Origin: Eledone cirrhosa
Taxonomy: Eukaryota
Direction: 5' to 3'
Length of the DNA: 64,000 nucleotides
NCBI GenBank assembly: GCA_964016885.1
Contig: OZ024755.1
Coordinates: 16,058,001 to 16,122,000, forward strand
Part shown: one piece after another, positions 1 through 13,511 of the stretch
How positions within the stretch are numbered: position 1 is the first letter of the stretch
Layout: each line of letters begins with the position of its first letter
Notes under the pieces: generated by a model
Databases searched by the model: none
What the model was told of the DNA's origin: nothing
The model's input: the letters and a program-made list of their open reading frames with translations, nothing else
Made by a program: the position numbers and the translations under genes

Positions 1-1039
1 CGTACTTCGTAGTACTCATTCCAGTTGTCTATGCTCTGAGTTAAAATCCCAATGAGGTCAGCTTTGCTTTTCTTTCTTTCAAGGTCGATAAAAAAAAGAA
101 CCAGTCCAATATTTGGGTCGTTTTTGCCTCTATATCTCTTCCTCACTTCCTCTCTGTGAGAAATAGGGTATGTTCAGACCTGGAGAAGGATGGGCACCAC
201 CAGGCCCTAGAAAGGCAAGAAGTTTCTGAGAGAGTGTATAATCGATTAAACTGCCACAAATACTCAATTGGTATTTTATTTTTATCGGTCCCGGAATGAT
301 AAAAGAAAGGCAAAGTTGACTATGGCGTGATTTGAACTCAGAGCGTAAAGATATGGAATTAAATGCTGTAAGACATGGTATTTATCATTTCACCGATTCT
401 GCTAATAAAATATTGACAGAGAGCAGACTTTTGACATTGTCGAGTTATCTTGTTCTATTGGGGAATATCTAGTTATGTTGGTTATCTTGTCTTTATTGTG
501 ACAGTAAAAGGTAAATGGTCTTCCGTCGGTTTCGACGATAACTGTTGTTGTTGTTCAGTCAACGGAATGACCTGCTTGTTAAATTAACGTGTAAATGGCG
601 GAGTAACTCCCTCTCTACAGATTCAGTGTGACACAATGCTTGCCTTTTAGATTACTAGTACAGTCTATTCCATTCAATGGCATATTGCGGTTCGTTTGAG
701 TTACTGAATGGCAAACCTAATTTCAAAAGTGCCTTGAATTTGTTTAGTAGAGTGGCCTGCGGCCCGCCTCATGATGAGTTTCATCATATTCGGTCCACTA
801 CACGAAAAAAGTTGCCTAGTCTATCCTATGGGGTTGCAAACAGTTTCAGTTTACCCAGTTTCGCACATAGGCCTTGATAAAACACACTTACCCAAGTTTT
901 CACACAACTGCACTGAACCTGCAATGTGATATAAACTTTTAAACTGCTTTTGAATTTTGATTTTTAAATATGTTGTTCTCATTTGAAGATAAGGAAATAT
1001 GTTTGGCTGTTGAACTGAATAGGTGGAGTAACTTGTGGG

Positions 1040-1975
1040 AAGAGGAAAGTCGATTTAAGATCCAGCACTTGACTGGTACTTTATTTTATTGATCTCAAAG
1101 AGGAAAGGTTGACCACGGTGGCATTTGACGTTAGAGCGCAGTGAACCAGAACAAATAGGAAGCATTTTTTTTTAATCCGACACTCCAACGACTCTGTCAA
1201 TGCCCACAAATAATAGTTGTTTCTACTTTTGTCACAAGGCCAACAATTTGAAGGGAAGGGAAGACAATTAAATCGATTCCAGTACGTTACTGGTTCTTTC
1301 TTTCATAGACCCCCACGGTGGGATTTGAAATCAGAACGAAAAACGAAGTAACTATATGCCGAAAAGCATGTCCGAAGCTCTACCGATTCTGTCAATCCAC
1401 CGCCATATTCCCACAAATAATGGTTACTGATTTAGTCACAAGGCCAATAGTTTTGGGGGTAGGAAAAAGTTGATTAAACCAATCCCTGTGCGTTATTGGT
1501 ACTTACGTCTCTTTACATTCTGAGTTGAAATCCCGCCGAGGTTAGCTTTGCCTTTCATTCTTACGGAGTCGATAAAATAAAGTACCAATAATGCCCTGGG
1601 TTCGATTTAATTTACTTTCCTCTCTCCTAAAATTGTTCGCTTTATGCCTAAATCAGAAACCATTACTACTATGGATTGGCAAAATCGGTAGAGCATCGGA
1701 AATGCTTAGAGTAATGGCCCTTTACGTTCTGAGTTCAAATCCTGTCGAGGTTAGCTTTGCCTTTCATCCTTAAGGGGTCTATAAAATAAGATACCAGTAA
1801 TTTAATTAACTTTAGGCACAAGGCCAGCAATTTAAAGGGGAAGGGAAAGTCGATTAAATCGACCCCAGTGTTTCCTGGTACTTTATTTTATCGACCCCGG
1901 CGAGATTTGAACTCAGAACGTAAAGGGCCATAACTCTATGCTGCAAAGCATGGTGTCAGACCAGTCCGGTAGTCC
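1040..1975. mobile_element. Cluster of tRNA-derived SINE family A copies in both orientations
   Basis: Repeated ctgagttcaaatcccgccgaggttagctttgcctttcatccttacggggtcgataaaataaagtaccag core with a (att)n tail. Other copies lie near 30-115, 250-400, 2930-3075, 4440-4685, 12185-12480, 19440-19700, 34430-34530, 35560-35690 and 62920-62965. Confidence 0.85.
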
Positions 1976-3251
1976 GGTCAACTCTTCCTCCATATTCTCT
2001 CTCACTTTCTTCTTTGGAAGAAATCGGTATGGATCAGACCTGGAAAGGGATGAGCCCCGTCAGGTTTAAAGTGCCCGAATCACGCCGTATGCCACGACGT
2101 TACTCATACGACTTCTCCGGATTTTGGGGTTCCATATATACAATATATACATCGATTTAAATCGCGAATCAATACTTCAGGTTTAAGAGTTAATAAGTGT
2201 AAGTGAGAGAAAAACAAATACGCAAAAGAAACGTAAAAGCATACGAATTAGCTCTTTTGATAGAAATTCACAGCAGTCACAAAACGCCCACTCGTATAGT
2301 TAACGTTGCTTATATATAATTAAGATGAATCCACCAGAATAACCATCTCGTTATACACAAAGCTAAGCCAGTAAGAGAGCTTATGTGCTCTAGACTGCAT
2401 CGAAGATGAATGAGATACAATTAGATGGAAATAACTACTTTACAGTTGTCTCTCCGAAGAAAATTGGGTTATAACTTCAAATTTATACAACTGACGTGTG
2501 AATGTCTTAGGCAACCATTAGTCATAGAAGTCAAATATCCCTCGATATAGTTAACATTGTTATTATATATAAGAAGGATACACAATAACCATCTCGTTAT
2601 ACATAAATCTACTCCAAATAATAGAGCGTATGTGTTGTTGTTCTTTTACTGATAATTCCAAATTTTTCGAGCTGATACGTGAATCTCTACCTAGCCACTT
2701 GGCCTGCGAGATATAACAGCCAAATCTCCCTCAAATCGCATGCTACCAAATTCAAATATGGAAAGATACATTGGATAATGTAGTGTCGTATAAAGAGAAT
2801 ACGGGAAAAAGACGAGATGGTCATAACTGGTACGCCTTTGATCCTGTCTAATTAATTGACTTGGATCTAGATAGCAACAGGACCTCTTTACTATTTTAGG
2901 AAATTTCTAAGAGCGGTCGATTGGCCGTATGAGTAGAGCCTTGGACAAAAGGATTCCTGGCATTTAGGTATGACTTTTTATGTTCTGAGTTCAAATTCCG
3001 CCGAGGTTAAGCTTTGCCTTTCATCCTTCTCTCCCCAAATTGTTGGCCCTTGTGCCTAAATCAGAGACCATTATTATAATTATGGAAGCATGTGCATATT
3101 GTTTAAGGGTTAATCTAACCTCCACTTCTCTCGCTTCTTTCCACAACGATGGTACTGAATTGTCTTTGGTTGATAATCCAACACGTTTTCAACTGATCCG
3201 ATATCAATACTAATAGTAGACCTTAAGTTTTGGCTACAAAACATAAAGCGG

Positions 3252-3314
<63 letters not shown>

Positions 3315-3340
3315 TATATATATGTATATATATATACACA

Positions 3341-3536
3341 TACGTGACAGTAGGCTGAAAAGTTCATTGGCTGACTATGGAGTGATGTTAGAGCTGTGAA
3401 ATCTTGCCTGCATTAATTTCATCTCTTCTAATAACTGCAGTTTCTTTCTAGGGACTATGTTGAAAAATAAGATTCATTTGGTCATTCCTTGAAAGTATCT
3501 TGGTCAGCCTATGAACCTTTCAGCCGACCCTTGTAT
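3341..3536. mobile_element. Tc1/mariner-like MITE
   Basis: ggctgaaaagttcattggctgac...gtcagcctatgaaccttttcagccgacccttgta TIRs. Relatives lie at 32633-32820 and 39709-39910. Confidence 0.75.
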
Positions 3537-5732
3537 ACAAAAATACACTAGTCACTTTTAGTTTTGCAACATGCCCGTTAAATTCCCCAATTGGTTTTAA
3601 TGACCATGTCCATTTCCATGTACATTGTCTATATCGTCCAAATGTTTTCAAAACACTGACTTTATTACTTTTTATATTTGAAACACTCCTAGAGAGAGTT
3701 TGTGTCTAATAATTGCTTGGATATTATCAGTTGAATGAAGTTTCTTTTAACTCGTTGTATTTCATATACAGAACGCTCCCGTGGTGCATTTTCCACTCAT
3801 AAAGCCTATACGAATTGCCTTGTCGTCTTAAAAGGAGAAAAACGTATTTGATCAAGGCTGACTTGGGGTTAAACAACAACAACCCTAGTCTAAATATATC
3901 GTTTTTTTTTTTTATTTATGTCTCGCGTTTGTTTTTTTTTCTTTACCTCCTTTACGTTTTTATTATACTAATTCATAACCCATTGTTTCCCGGATGGAAT
4001 AAGTCTCTATCTACTTCCTCGACGTTTTTAATATACATATTATACATAACCTATTGTTTCACGAACGGAATAAGTAATATTTGGTTTATTCACCAAACAT
4101 TAAAGCTGGTTTAAATGAAAGTGTTTTAGAACGTTTGCCAACCACTCCCAGCTTTTTTTATTTTTATCTTACATTTGTATTTCATGAATTCTAAATAAAA
4201 TTTAAAAAATTAATCTTCATGTAGCAGACGGATGAAAATGTTATTGTTTTTCTTCTTAAATTCGTGACTTCTGACGGAGCCATAGGGGCGCCGTATTTAC
4301 ATATGGCGTATCTCGGGCATTTTTTAAAAACCTGGCGAAACCCTTCTCCTATCCAGGTCAGAATACAGCAGATTTCTTCCAGAGAAGGATAGAGAGTGAC
4401 AAAAAAGGCGTGAGAAAGATATACAGCGGAGGGATCGATCCAGTACTTGACTGGTACTTTTTTTTATCGATCTTGAGTGGAAGAAAAGCAAAGTTGAGCC
4501 GAAACAAATATGTCAAATTCTTCTATCCGACGTTCTAACGACTCGGCCAATTCGTTGCTTGGTCTGAGTTCAAATCCCGCCGAGGTTAACTCTGCCTTTC
4601 ATCCTTACGGGGTCGATAAAATAAAGTACCAGTAATACACTGGGATAATTGCTAGCCTTGTGCCAAAAGTAGAAACAATTATTATAATATAGATTAAGCA
4701 TTGTTGACTTCAATAAAATTCAGTTCAACATGGCTTTTTCATAAATTTCGGTTTTTATTTTCTGAATTGTGAAATTTATTCCTTATTTTTTTGTCATCCT
4801 TTCCATTTTGTTTTATTATCTTTTTCCTTTGTGTTGTCTCGTAATCCAGCTTATTAGCTGGCCATTTTTGTTTTTACTTAACTCTGCTCAAGTTAAACCT
4901 TATATTGTTGTTCACTTAGCACCATAGCTCAACTTAAATTCTTTCCTCGTTTTAACTTTCTCCTGTCGCAGAATACTAACATTTCTCTCTTTTCTTCTAT
5001 ACTCTCTCTCTCTCTCTCCATATATTTCACCTCTCTCTTTCCTCTTACTCTCCTCTCTTTCTCTCCATATATTTCACCTCTTTCTTTCCTCTTCTCACTC
5101 TCACAAGTGTATACTTTCTCATAGAAGTTTTATTGTTGTTGTTGGCAACGTGGAAGCTGGTAATTCGTTTCACTTTCTCAGTCAACTAAGTGTTGATTGA
5201 CTTCACGTTGCCTTTTGTGTCAAGATGTTTAAAAACTACGGTAAGATTTAATTATTATTAAACACTGGTTATATTCATTGGGAATTTTGTTTTGTTTTCA
5301 CCTCTGTACTTCTGTTTGCTCAATGTTCATACTTTTACATTCATTGTCTATTTTACTCCTTCGCGTTGCCTCTTGTAATTCGTTTGTTTATTTAGATATT
5401 CTAGCAAGATTTATTTATTTTATTTTTAATTGAATTTCATACAAATAAACACAATTTATATATGAAAAATAGGAAAAGGAATCAGAGAATGTAAGTACAC
5501 TCAATCACACGCCAAACAAGAGGTTTCCATACAGTTTAGATACAGTCTCGATATCAGAATGGCTAAATGTCAGCAGAAGGGTACCCAGGAGTCATGACCT
5601 GGATGCGGCCCGGCTCCTCCTTTAGAGTGTAAGAAGTTAAGGACCGAAACACTTGCTTGAAGTAGTGGAGGGGGGTCTTCTCTGAAGACTTGCTGTCCAG
5701 CTCTCCTGAGAGTTTCTTACAATTGAAGCATG

Positions 5733-5988
5733 CAGTGGCGTATTGCTGAGGTGCAGCTGCACTACCAAAAAGCTTTTGTCGGAAAATTGTGAACGTTTGC
5801 AACCCCTAAAATGATAGGAGCAATACGCTTATATATGACAGGAGCAATGCGCTTATATACGCTTTTTTTCTCAATTTTTTAATTCTTTATCTAGGACTTC
5901 TGATATTTTCATTGAAAATGTTTTTGCATTGGCCCCTAAAGGCCCTCTTGCCATAAGGTAAGCTGACGACCTAGCCAGTCCGCCACTG
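5733..5988. mobile_element. hAT-like MITE
   Basis: Termini CAGTGGCG...CGCCACTG with a subterminal ggcccc. No 8-bp TSD is visible. Confidence 0.5.
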
Positions 5989-6036
5989 ATCATAAGAGGT
6001 AGTCATAGTTATGTGTGTGTGTGTATATATATATAT

Positions 6037-6150
6037 AATAAGTAACATGAATATAACAATTTCACAGTTAAATTACTAACATTTATTACATAATTATGTA
6101 ATAAATGTTAGTCCTTTAACTCTGAAATTGTTATATTCATGTTACTTATT
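6037..6150. repeat. Spacerless palindrome, 57-bp arms, 3 mismatches
   Basis: Centre at 6093/6094 (acataa|ttatgt), preceded by (TA)n. Confidence 0.9.
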
Positions 6151-6710
6151 GTATTATATATAAACGTTCTTGGAATTACCTTCATTGTACCCACGGTTGG
6201 TCACCACGGAAACACTATGATAACTGATTCACTTGTCAAAGAAGTGATTGCCAAAATTTATCTTTGTACCAATGTACATGCCAAAATAGCTAGATAGTTG
6301 AAGTAACATATTCTATATTTACCTGTAATAAGTTAAGCTGATTATCCATTCATGTGTATGGACATTGGTTTGCCAGGGCTATTTCAATTCTCACACTTCA
6401 GATAGCCAGTAAGTGATATCAAATGAGAATAATGCCTGGTGATAGTTCTACACTAAATTAATTCAATTAACAGTAGTACTAATTCAATAGTTGGATGGTT
6501 TCATTGAGAAATGCCTGTTCTACTGAGTATGGTTTTGTGTAGGTATGTGTGTGTAAAATTATCATCATCATCATTGGTTTTACGCCTACTTTTCTAAACT
6601 GGCATGGATTGGATGGGATGTTTTGAAACAATGTTTATAAAGTCGGATTCTTTTTCTGATGCCAACTCTTTTACTTACCTCTTACAATATCTAAATTTAA
6701 AGGTACACAC

Positions 6711-6847
6711 AGAACATAATAATATAATATATTATCTCTCTCACCAACTCTCATATTGAGCTGGTGAGAGAGCTAATCATCATCATCACCGTTTTATGTC
6801 CGTTCTTCCATGCTAGCATGGGTTAGCATATTATATTATTATGTTCT
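6711..6847. repeat. Inverted repeat interrupted by an RTE-tail insertion (6778-6827)
   Basis: agaacataataatataatat..ctctctcacca.ctc / gag.tggtgagagag..[catcatcat..ccatgctagcatgggttagc]..atattatattattatgttct. Confidence 0.75.
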
Positions 6848-7589
6848 CATATTAGCTCTGATATTGAGCAGTTTTCCTTTTTTCACATCCACTGATATTT
6901 TACTATATGTTCATATATATATAATCATTATGCTAGCTTAGGTTGGACAGGTTGTCAGAGACCAAGTCAGCACTCAGTCATAGCCTCTGTCCTCACAGAT
7001 GAGCCAAGGGTTGTATCTTGCATACAGAGTGTACTGGGTACAGTTTATCATTGCACAAGCACTAGAGAGGTTGTGTCCGTGACATAACTGAAGAGTCTTC
7101 TCAACTCTTAAAATGTTTTCTACAGTGAGGTGCCCTTCCTAACACCCACTACTTTACAGAGTGGTTTGGGTGCATTTGGGAGTTTGTTGGTCATTGACTC
7201 AACAATCTGTCTAATAGTAAAGATAACAAGCATTTGAAATAAATCATTTTTAGTTATTTTCAGCTGAATTACTACAGGATGTTATGGGTTTAAATTAGCA
7301 TGAGTAGGATGGTTGTTTTGTTGTGGCACTTATTTCTACAGCTGGATGCTCTTCCCATTGATAATCACTCAGCTATGAATTAAAAATTGAACTGTGTCAG
7401 CTCAATGAAGCTTAAGAAAAGAAAGTTACATAACTTAACAAGAGATACATCATAATAGCAAGATATGAACTCTTAACATGTTTGTAGATTGGCAATTTGT
7501 CATTGTTTCTGCCTCATAGTCAACAATAACAAGAGTTTTAAAGACATTTTCTTGACTAAAGCAGACATTAGCCTTGCAGGCCCTCATAA

Positions 7590-8000
7590 CAAGCATTCTC
7601 TAATTTAACCCATTGTTTTCACCTCGCCTCACTAACCCCCTAGCCATCATCTTTAGTCATGTCTTTCTTGGTCTTACTCTTCTACATCCTTTCATATTTA
7701 TTGTCATCACTCCCATCTCTCACCTAATCACTTTCATCTTTCCTCAACACATGACCCAGCCACTTCATTCCATTTCTCTTCACAGCATTCATCACTGGCT
7801 TTGTTCCCATCATCTTCTACAATTCATTGTTTGTCTTCTCATTCAATGAAACTCTGTTCATTTACTGAACCATTGTCATCTCTGTTCTTTCCAATCTTTC
7901 TCTGCTACTCCATGTTCATAATCCATATCTCATCTTTGTGGTATATCTCCCACATGCAGCAGACACCCTTTCCCTTCAGTCTCGGTGACATTCCTCCTCA
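7590..8000 (-). mobile_element. Degraded RTE-like LINE 3' fragment
   Basis: The minus strand reads as decayed EWLGHVLRK..GVRPRKTW-like coding. Confidence 0.5.
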
Positions 8001-8302
8001 TTAGCACTCCACTCAGTTCCTGGTGTATTATTTATATCAGTATTATGTAACGAAGATAAGCTTTTCTTAGGAAGCCAAACCGAGTAAACAATTAAGATAA
8101 AATGTGCAAATAAGAAACCATATTTGTAACCTATTAATATATTTTCTCACATGCTTTGCGCATGTCCCAAAACAGTGCAAGGGCGATAAGTAAGATGTCA
8201 TGACAAACTTTATTTCCCTGGAAGAGTTATAGATCCATAAAACTTTTGCCTCTTTCAATCAACACGTAGTGGTGGTGGTGGCAGTAGTAGTAGTAGTAGT
8301 AA

Positions 8303-8340
<38 letters not shown>

Positions 8341-9430
8341 ATGTTGGTGGTAATACTTCTACTACGAAAAATATTTTCCAGTCTTTTTATCTTTTTTTTC
8401 TTACTTTTAAATTTTGTTTTATATAACAATACTGTTTAATATTTATTCTGCTTATTTTTCTGTATAAATCTCAGTGCATTACTGGTACTATATTTTATTG
8501 TCCAATGCTCTGATGATTCTGTCAAGAATAATAATTATTATTTTGAGGTTCATTTTACCATGTTTTTTCTCTTTTTCTTTAAATAATAAAGTTCAGAGAA
8601 GGCAGTTGGTCAGCCAGTACTGAAACTGGTAATATTGTTACAAACACATATGAATATCCCAACACACAACGATGCACAAACATACATCTAAAACATGGAC
8701 ACCTTTGTGATTGACGTGACGTTCTGTTTTTCTCTTTATTCTCGTAACTCCTGAAGGAGTCGTAGGGGCGCCATAGTGACACACGAGGTTTCTAGAGCTA
8801 CCAGTAATGTGCTGGGTAGTTGTTGGCCTTGTGCCAAAGTAGAAACAATTATTTTAAACCTGGCGGAGCCCATCTCCTTTCCAAGTATGAATAGAGTAGC
8901 TTTTTTCCGAAGAATGATTAAGAATGAGTTAGTGGAAGTGAGAAAGAGACAGAGAAAGAATCAACTCCAGTACTATACTGGGTTTTTTTTATCAACTTGA
9001 ATGACATGAAGTTGTTCACCATTAAACATGCTGTCACCTCTCTATAATTTTCTACTGCTACTATAGTGGCCTCTTCTCAGAGCTTGTTGGTCTCATGCCA
9101 CCTCCACTAAAGCTCTCCTTGGTCTTTTTTTTGTCATTCATATTGGGTTAACCCCCTCCCCCCTAACCATTCTATCTTACAGAGCCTTGTACTAACTACT
9201 ATGCCCATTCCTTCTTCCCCAAAATGTCATCCCTCTGTGAAAGCCACGAGAATATCCCCTTCCTCCAGTCCCTACCAATAAAAGGATTAACAAAAAAACA
9301 TACATTCAAACATGAAAACAAACACACACATGACTATGAATATAAACACATGCAGACATGCATGTTAAAGTTAAATTTAAGTCTGTTCTAAGTGGATGCC
9401 AATGCTTATCCCCAGGTTTTTTGGCATTAA

Positions 9431-9638
9431 CCCTTTAGCATTTACATTACTCGATATTTACTATTGTATTTTCATGGTAAAGGCTTTACCTCACATAATA
9501 TCGAATCTATGAGATTTTGATATTATTTATTTTGAGAATGATACCTTAACATCAGTATGAGTGGCTAGTTATGGCCAGTTTGAACAGAAAGAGGTGAGAG
9601 AAATCTGGCTGGATACGGCTGGTTTAAATGTTAAAGGG
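9431..9638. mobile_element. piggyBac-like MITE
   Basis: TTAA|CCCTTTAGCATTTA...TAAATGTTAAAGGG|TTAA. Confidence 0.85.
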
Positions 9639-10079
9639 TTAAGCGACAGGGATAGGATGCCAGTCTCTCACAGGATTAGCTCCCTAGGTACCACTGGTAC
9701 TCTCCAGCTGAGTCTACTGGAACAACGTGAAATAAAGTGTTTTGCTCAAGAATACAATGCAGCAGCCTGTCCAGGAATCAAACCAATGACATTACAATCA
9801 TACGTCAAGATCATGCAAGTATTCATGAATATGCAAGCAAGCTCATGTGTGTATACAAACACTAGTATGTGCAAACAGACTCACTCAAACATACATACAT
9901 TCATACATACAGAGCATGCAAACATACACATAAATATATGTTCAGAAGCATTTAAACAAATGTGAATATACATCTAAACATACACATACATACAAACATG
10001 CTCATAATCTAAACATACACACATATATATGCTCATAAACATTTATTCAACATACATACAAACATACAGATACATCTGT

Positions 10080-10365
10080 GGAGGCACGTGGCCTAGTGGT
10101 AAGGGTGTTGGACTTACGATCATAATGTTGTGGGCTCGATTCCAGAGTTGCGTGTTGTGTTCTTGGGCAAAACACTTCATTTCACGTTGCTCCAGTATAC
10201 TCAGTTGAAAATGAGTAGCAGCAATAGCTGAGGGTTTAACCCTGCGATGAACTGACGTCCTGTCCAGGGGAGAGTCTTGTATTGTCAGTCACTTCACGCC
10301 ATGAAACCGGGATAAGCACTGGCCAAATGAGCCTTCTGGCTTAAGACAGACTTTAGACTTTTAGA
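10080..10365 (+). mobile_element. tRNA-derived SINE (V-SINE-like body)
   Basis: tggcctagtgg box A, ggctcgattcc box B, ttcttgggcaaaacact domain, aaccctgcgatgaactgacgtcctgtccagggg body and a short repeat tail. Confidence 0.75.
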
Positions 10366-11456
10366 CAGATACATCTAACAGTGTAGCTTTAAATTCCAGC
10401 ATTACATTAGTTGCAGGCAATATTGGCAAGTTTAATGTGAAAAAATGTGTTGATTTTTTTTTCTCCTTTTTTGAAACCCAAGTGAATAATTTAAAAAAAT
10501 AACTAAAACCAAACACTAGATAAATGGAAAAAAAAATCCTATTTACTGTAAACTTTTTTACATTAAAACAAACTTAGGCTCATTAATCTTTCATCAAAAT
10601 TTCTATTTCCTGCCAATTATCACTAAAAAAAAAAAGTAGAAACGCCCCCCCCCCCCTGTTAACTAAATTTTTTTAAGCATGATTTACTATTAATTAATAC
10701 TTAATATTTCAATCTGTTTACACTTTTTAATCTGTCAAACCATGTTTTATGGCCATAGTTAAATTAAATTATCAAAAAACTCCCTTGGTCATCTTTTTTT
10801 GTCATTTTTGATGTTTAAGCTGAAATGTCAATTAAAAATGACATCCCACCTCCTACTCCTTTTTTGTTGTTGTTTTTTTTAATTATTTTATGTAAATTAT
10901 TGTATAATCTCACTTCATTGTTAATTTATAGTGATTAATTTGTAGTAATATGTATATATACGTATTTATGATGTATATGTATGTATTTATGGTGTATATG
11001 TGGTGTGTGTGTATGTATGTGTATATGTGACATGTATTTATGATATATTTATGGTGTATGTGGTGTATATGTATGTCTGTTGTATGTGGTGTGTATATAC
11101 ATATGTATGGTGCATGCGATGTGTGCTGTATATGATGTGTATGTGTATGTATGTGATGTGTGTGTATGTATGTGTGTGATGTGTGTGTGTATATTATGTA
11201 TTGTGTTGTGTGTATGTGGCACATGTGGTGTGTCTGCATGTATGTGTGGTATGTGTAGTGCTGGTGTATGTGTGTGTATGTATGGTGCTTGCAACTGTGC
11301 TAGATGTTAATTACTTAATGTTATCCTTATTTAAACAATTATCTCCATGTTAAAAACAATTATTATTAGTCTTATTGTTATTGCATGTCATCACTGCTTT
11401 GTGTGTCTTAGGTACGTGAAGTCTGTTTTTGGTGTTATTTCTATTGTATTGAGAGT

Positions 11457-11771
11457 CATCATCATCATTTCATTTTACATCCGCTTTTTCCCTGCTTGCA
11501 AGGGTGAGACGGGAACTGATGCTGGCTTGATTTCTATAGCTGGATGCCCTTCCTAACGCCAACCTCATTTTTACAGTGAGTGCTGGGTGCTTTTTTGCCG
11601 TGGCACCTCCACGACCATTTTGCAGTGGAATGATAGGGACCCCAGTCCCTATCATCTCATTTCAATGTGAAATAAAGTGTCTTGCTCAAGGAAACAACAC
11701 ATCACCCGGTCTGAGAATTGAACTCACAACCTTTCGATTGCAAGGCCAATGCTCTAACCACTAAGCCGTGT
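11457..11771 (-). mobile_element. SINE family B copy
   Basis: Reverse complement of 13512-13796 with an internal length difference. Confidence 0.88.
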
Positions 11772-12180
11772 ACTCTTCGTAATATTTGTGCAGTGCCTAG
11801 TAGTGATATGTTTTATATGCTGTATATATTTGTGAGTCCTGGGGTTTTGGTTATGTATCTGACTGTTTTGTTGTTTTTTGTCATTCTCAGAACACCTATT
11901 ATGATAGGGATTGTTTCTGTTTTCATCAGCCACATTCAAATTTTTTCTAACTCTAGATCTTTATATTTGGATAATTTTTTCCATTTCCTGGATAGATATG
12001 TTGTCGTCTGAGGGGATTGATGCATCAATTAGATTTTTTTTTTTTAAATCTTTGATGACTATATCTGGTCCGTTGGCTTTGATCTCCCTGTCTTTTTGTA
12101 ATTGGTATATCCCAGATTATGATTGCTTTCTTATTTTCTGACATCTTTTCTGGTGTGTGTCTCTACCATCTTTTTCCTGT
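11772..12180 (-). mobile_element. R4/Dong-clade 3' fragment (RLE domain), frameshifted
   Basis: The minus strand reads IIWDIPI..REIKANGPDIVIKD..LIDASIPSDDN..TETIPIIIG..LLGTAQILRRV across frames. Confidence 0.75.
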
Positions 12181-12784
12181 TATTATAATAATTGTTTCTA
12201 CTTTAGGCACAAGGCCAGCAAATACCCAGTGCATTACTGGTACTTTATTTTATCGACCCCGTAAGGATGAAAGGCAAAGTTAACCTCGGAGGGATTTGAA
12301 CTCAGAATGGCAAGGGCCGTAACTCTATGCGTCAAAGCATGGCGTCCGACTCTCTACCGATTTGGTTTCTGATTTAGGTGCAAGACAAACAATTTTGGGA
12401 AAGGGGGAAGGTCAATTAAATCAACCCCAATGAGTTCAAATTCTGCCAAAGTCAGCTTTACCTTTCGTCATTCTTAGATCGATAAAATGTAGTGGAATTA
12501 TAGGGGGTTATAGGGGCAGGCCAACTGACAGGATGATAGACTTTGTATGTAGCAGATGCACAGGAGAAGTAAGCATTAAGATCACATGGAAAAAAGATTC
12601 CCTCAGTTGTCAGGGAGGCTCCCTAGAAGTTGTTGACAACTTGTGTTACCTAGGTGACCTATTCAGTAGTTTGGGAGGAGGTGTGTGTATGTGGGCATGA
12701 CTTTTTCGTGGTAATATATATATATTTTTAACACTAAATTATTAATAACGATATACCATATTCGCCAGCCTCTTTATTTATTAT

Positions 12785-12906
12785 ATTTTACGTTATAATT
12801 TTATGCTTATAGGCATTTTTATGGACCACGTCCAATATTCGCGGTTTTTCACTTTTCACGAGTTCTCCAGGAACGTAACCTCCACAAATACTGGGGGACA
12901 ACTGTA
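12785..12906. mobile_element. pogo/Tigger-like transposon end
   Basis: attcgcggtttttcac..ggaacgtaacctccacaaatactgggggacaactg|ta resembles a Tigger-type TIR. Confidence 0.45.
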
Positions 12907-12931
12907 TATATATATATATACACACACACTG

Positions 12932-12962
<31 letters not shown>

Positions 12963-13143
12963 CCACACACACTGTGTATATATATATATATACACACACA
13001 CACATATCTGTATATTATTTTCAATGAACTTCTATAACTTATATTTATTGTCTTTTTCTAAAACCAGAGAACACATTCATCAATTTATATACCGATGGTA
13101 TTGAAACACAAGAGAGAAAATGGACATTAAATGGTGTTGAAGT

Positions 13144-13510
13144 ATGTATGAATATGACAGTCTGTATATTCTATATGTTTATATACATGTATATGTTATA
13201 TATATATATTTGTATATATATATATATATTTATGTATATATATATATATATATATATAAGTATGTATATATATGTGTGTATATATGTATGTATATATATA
13301 TATGTGTGTGTATATATGTATGTATATATATATATGTTTGTATATATGTATGTATATATATGTATATATATGTATATATATATGTATGTATGTATAAATA
13401 TATATATATGTTTGTATATATGCATGTATATATATGTATATATATGTATATATATATATATGTATATATATGTATATATATATGTATATATATATACATA
13501 TATATATACA
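13144..13510. repeat. (TA)/(TATG) compound microsatellite
   Basis: Direct inspection. Similar tracts lie at 14577-14710, 17683-17888, 57715-57900 and 58243-58405. Confidence 0.95.
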
Positions 13511-13511
13511 T

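Noticed and set aside
5505-5570. Hammerhead-like arrangements here and at 8590-8635, 38655-38710 and 63875-63925
   Set aside because: The CTGANGA box has two or more changes or wrong spacing, so they cannot be distinguished from chance without family consensus sequences.
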